Assembly: GCA_965205505.1 (NCBI GenBank)
Contig: CBDBHB010000009.1
Location: 1,056,001-1,120,000 of the forward strand
Direction of reading: 5' to 3'
Origin: Acidobacteriota bacterium
GTDB lineage: Bacteria; Acidobacteriota; UBA890; WLXD01
DNA length: 64,000 bases
Positions 63,127 to 64,000 of this stretch are shown here, one piece after another (the first letter of the stretch is position 1; the number at the start of each line of letters is the position of its first letter). Both the position numbers and the translations under genes were made by a program. The notes beneath the pieces are model-generated. The model did no database searches and was not told where the DNA came from. It saw nothing but the letters and a program-made list of their open reading frames with translations.

Positions 63127-63878
63127 TCAGCGGTACTCCGGGTTCGGAAAGTCGAAGCGACATCCGGCCTCCCAGGCTGAGCGGCTGAGCGCTGATTGCC
63201 GTGCGCCGGAATACCTCCAGCGTCCTTGAGCATGCGCGCCATATGCAAGAGGTTCCACGCCAAGAAAGTGGTGTTGCGGTTGGTGAACTCGTTCTCGGGG
63301 CCACCTGACCCCTCGTCGAGATACGATGGGCCCGGGCCCGCCTCGCCCAGCCAGCAAGCATCGGCCTGCGGCGGAATGACATATCCCAGGTGCTGTAGGC
63401 AGTAGAGGATGTCCATCGAGCAGTGTTTGGCGCCGTCGTCGTTGCCGGTGATCAGGCAGCCGCCCACCTTGCCGTAGTAGGCGTACTGACCGTGCTCGTT
63501 GAGGTCGCCGGAGCTGGCGTAGAGACGCTCGATGGTGGATGTGCACACGGACGACTTTACGCCCAGCCAGATGGGCGAGGTGATGATGAGGATCTCGGCT
63601 GCCTTGACCTTTTCGTACAGCGCGGGCCAATCGTCGGATTCGAATCCTTGCTCGGTCATGTCGGGATACACGCCCGGGGCGAGGTAATGGTCCACTGGCC
63701 GGATGGTCTCTACGCTGACGCCGTTCTTCTCCATGATCGTCGCGCAGATGTCGATCAGACCTTGCGTGTGCGACATCTCGGGCGTGCGCTTGAGCGTGCA
63801 GTTGAAGATCAGTGCCTTGAGGTCGGAGAAGTCCCACTGACTGGTGGAACACCATTCCTCTTGTTGCGCGTTGAGCAT
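63127..63878 (-). CDS. Flavodoxin-like NAD(P)H-dependent oxidoreductase, with 8-bp duplication shifting the C-terminal frame
   Basis: NCTLK, SPIWLG, ITGNDDG; the family-like end WEAGCRFDFPNPEYR lies in another frame ending at 63127. Confidence 0.85.
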
Positions 63879-63892
63879 AGAAACTCACTCCC

Positions 63893-64000
63893 CTATTCGT
63901 TGCGGTGACCGTCCATCCAGCCGACGATGTAGGCGATCTTCTGCATGAAGTGGCTGGGACGGCCTCGGATACCATGGCTTTCCCCGGGAACCCGTACCAG
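63893..64000 (-). CDS. S9 family peptidase, C-terminal end (partial, runs off window)
   Basis: LVRVPGESHGIRGRPSH...IVGWMD, catalytic His region. Confidence 0.7.
   Translation of the reverse strand: MVRVPGESHGIRGRPSHFMQKIAYIVGWMDGHRNE

Overview
High-GC bacterial chromosomal DNA, most likely Acidobacteriota (inferred from a PadR + ADOP duplicated-permease pair, an Oar-like TonB receptor, many PQQ/BamB-like propellers and kinase-type PD40 propellers). The backbone is housekeeping and metabolic genes: dut, SahR-like regulator + ahcY, kbp, lepB, ogt, two-subunit aconitase X, galK, MATE, SSS and nudC. The most notable items are: (1) two divergent PilV-PilW-PilX-like minor-pilin operons with Lys-rich C-terminal tails, the rightward one continuing into a lipoprotein, a GspG-like pilin and an HD-GYP sensor (12.6-21.9 kb); (2) a decayed island at 5.9-10 kb ending in a tyrosine-recombinase att-like arrangement (arm-like repeats, IHF-like site, two inverted copies of a 12-bp core); (3) two families of short dispersed CTAG-associated repeats, one of which brackets single genes in a cassette-like triplet at 44.7-47.1 kb, plus a complete 279-bp MITE; (4) an orphan EhpF/LuxE-like ligase next to a LuxC-like reductase; (5) many isolated gene 3' remnants. 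Three single-base frameshifts at G runs are probably sequencing errors. No rRNA, tRNA, CRISPR array, or intact integrase/transposase was recognised. All family calls come from motif recognition by eye; no searches were run.
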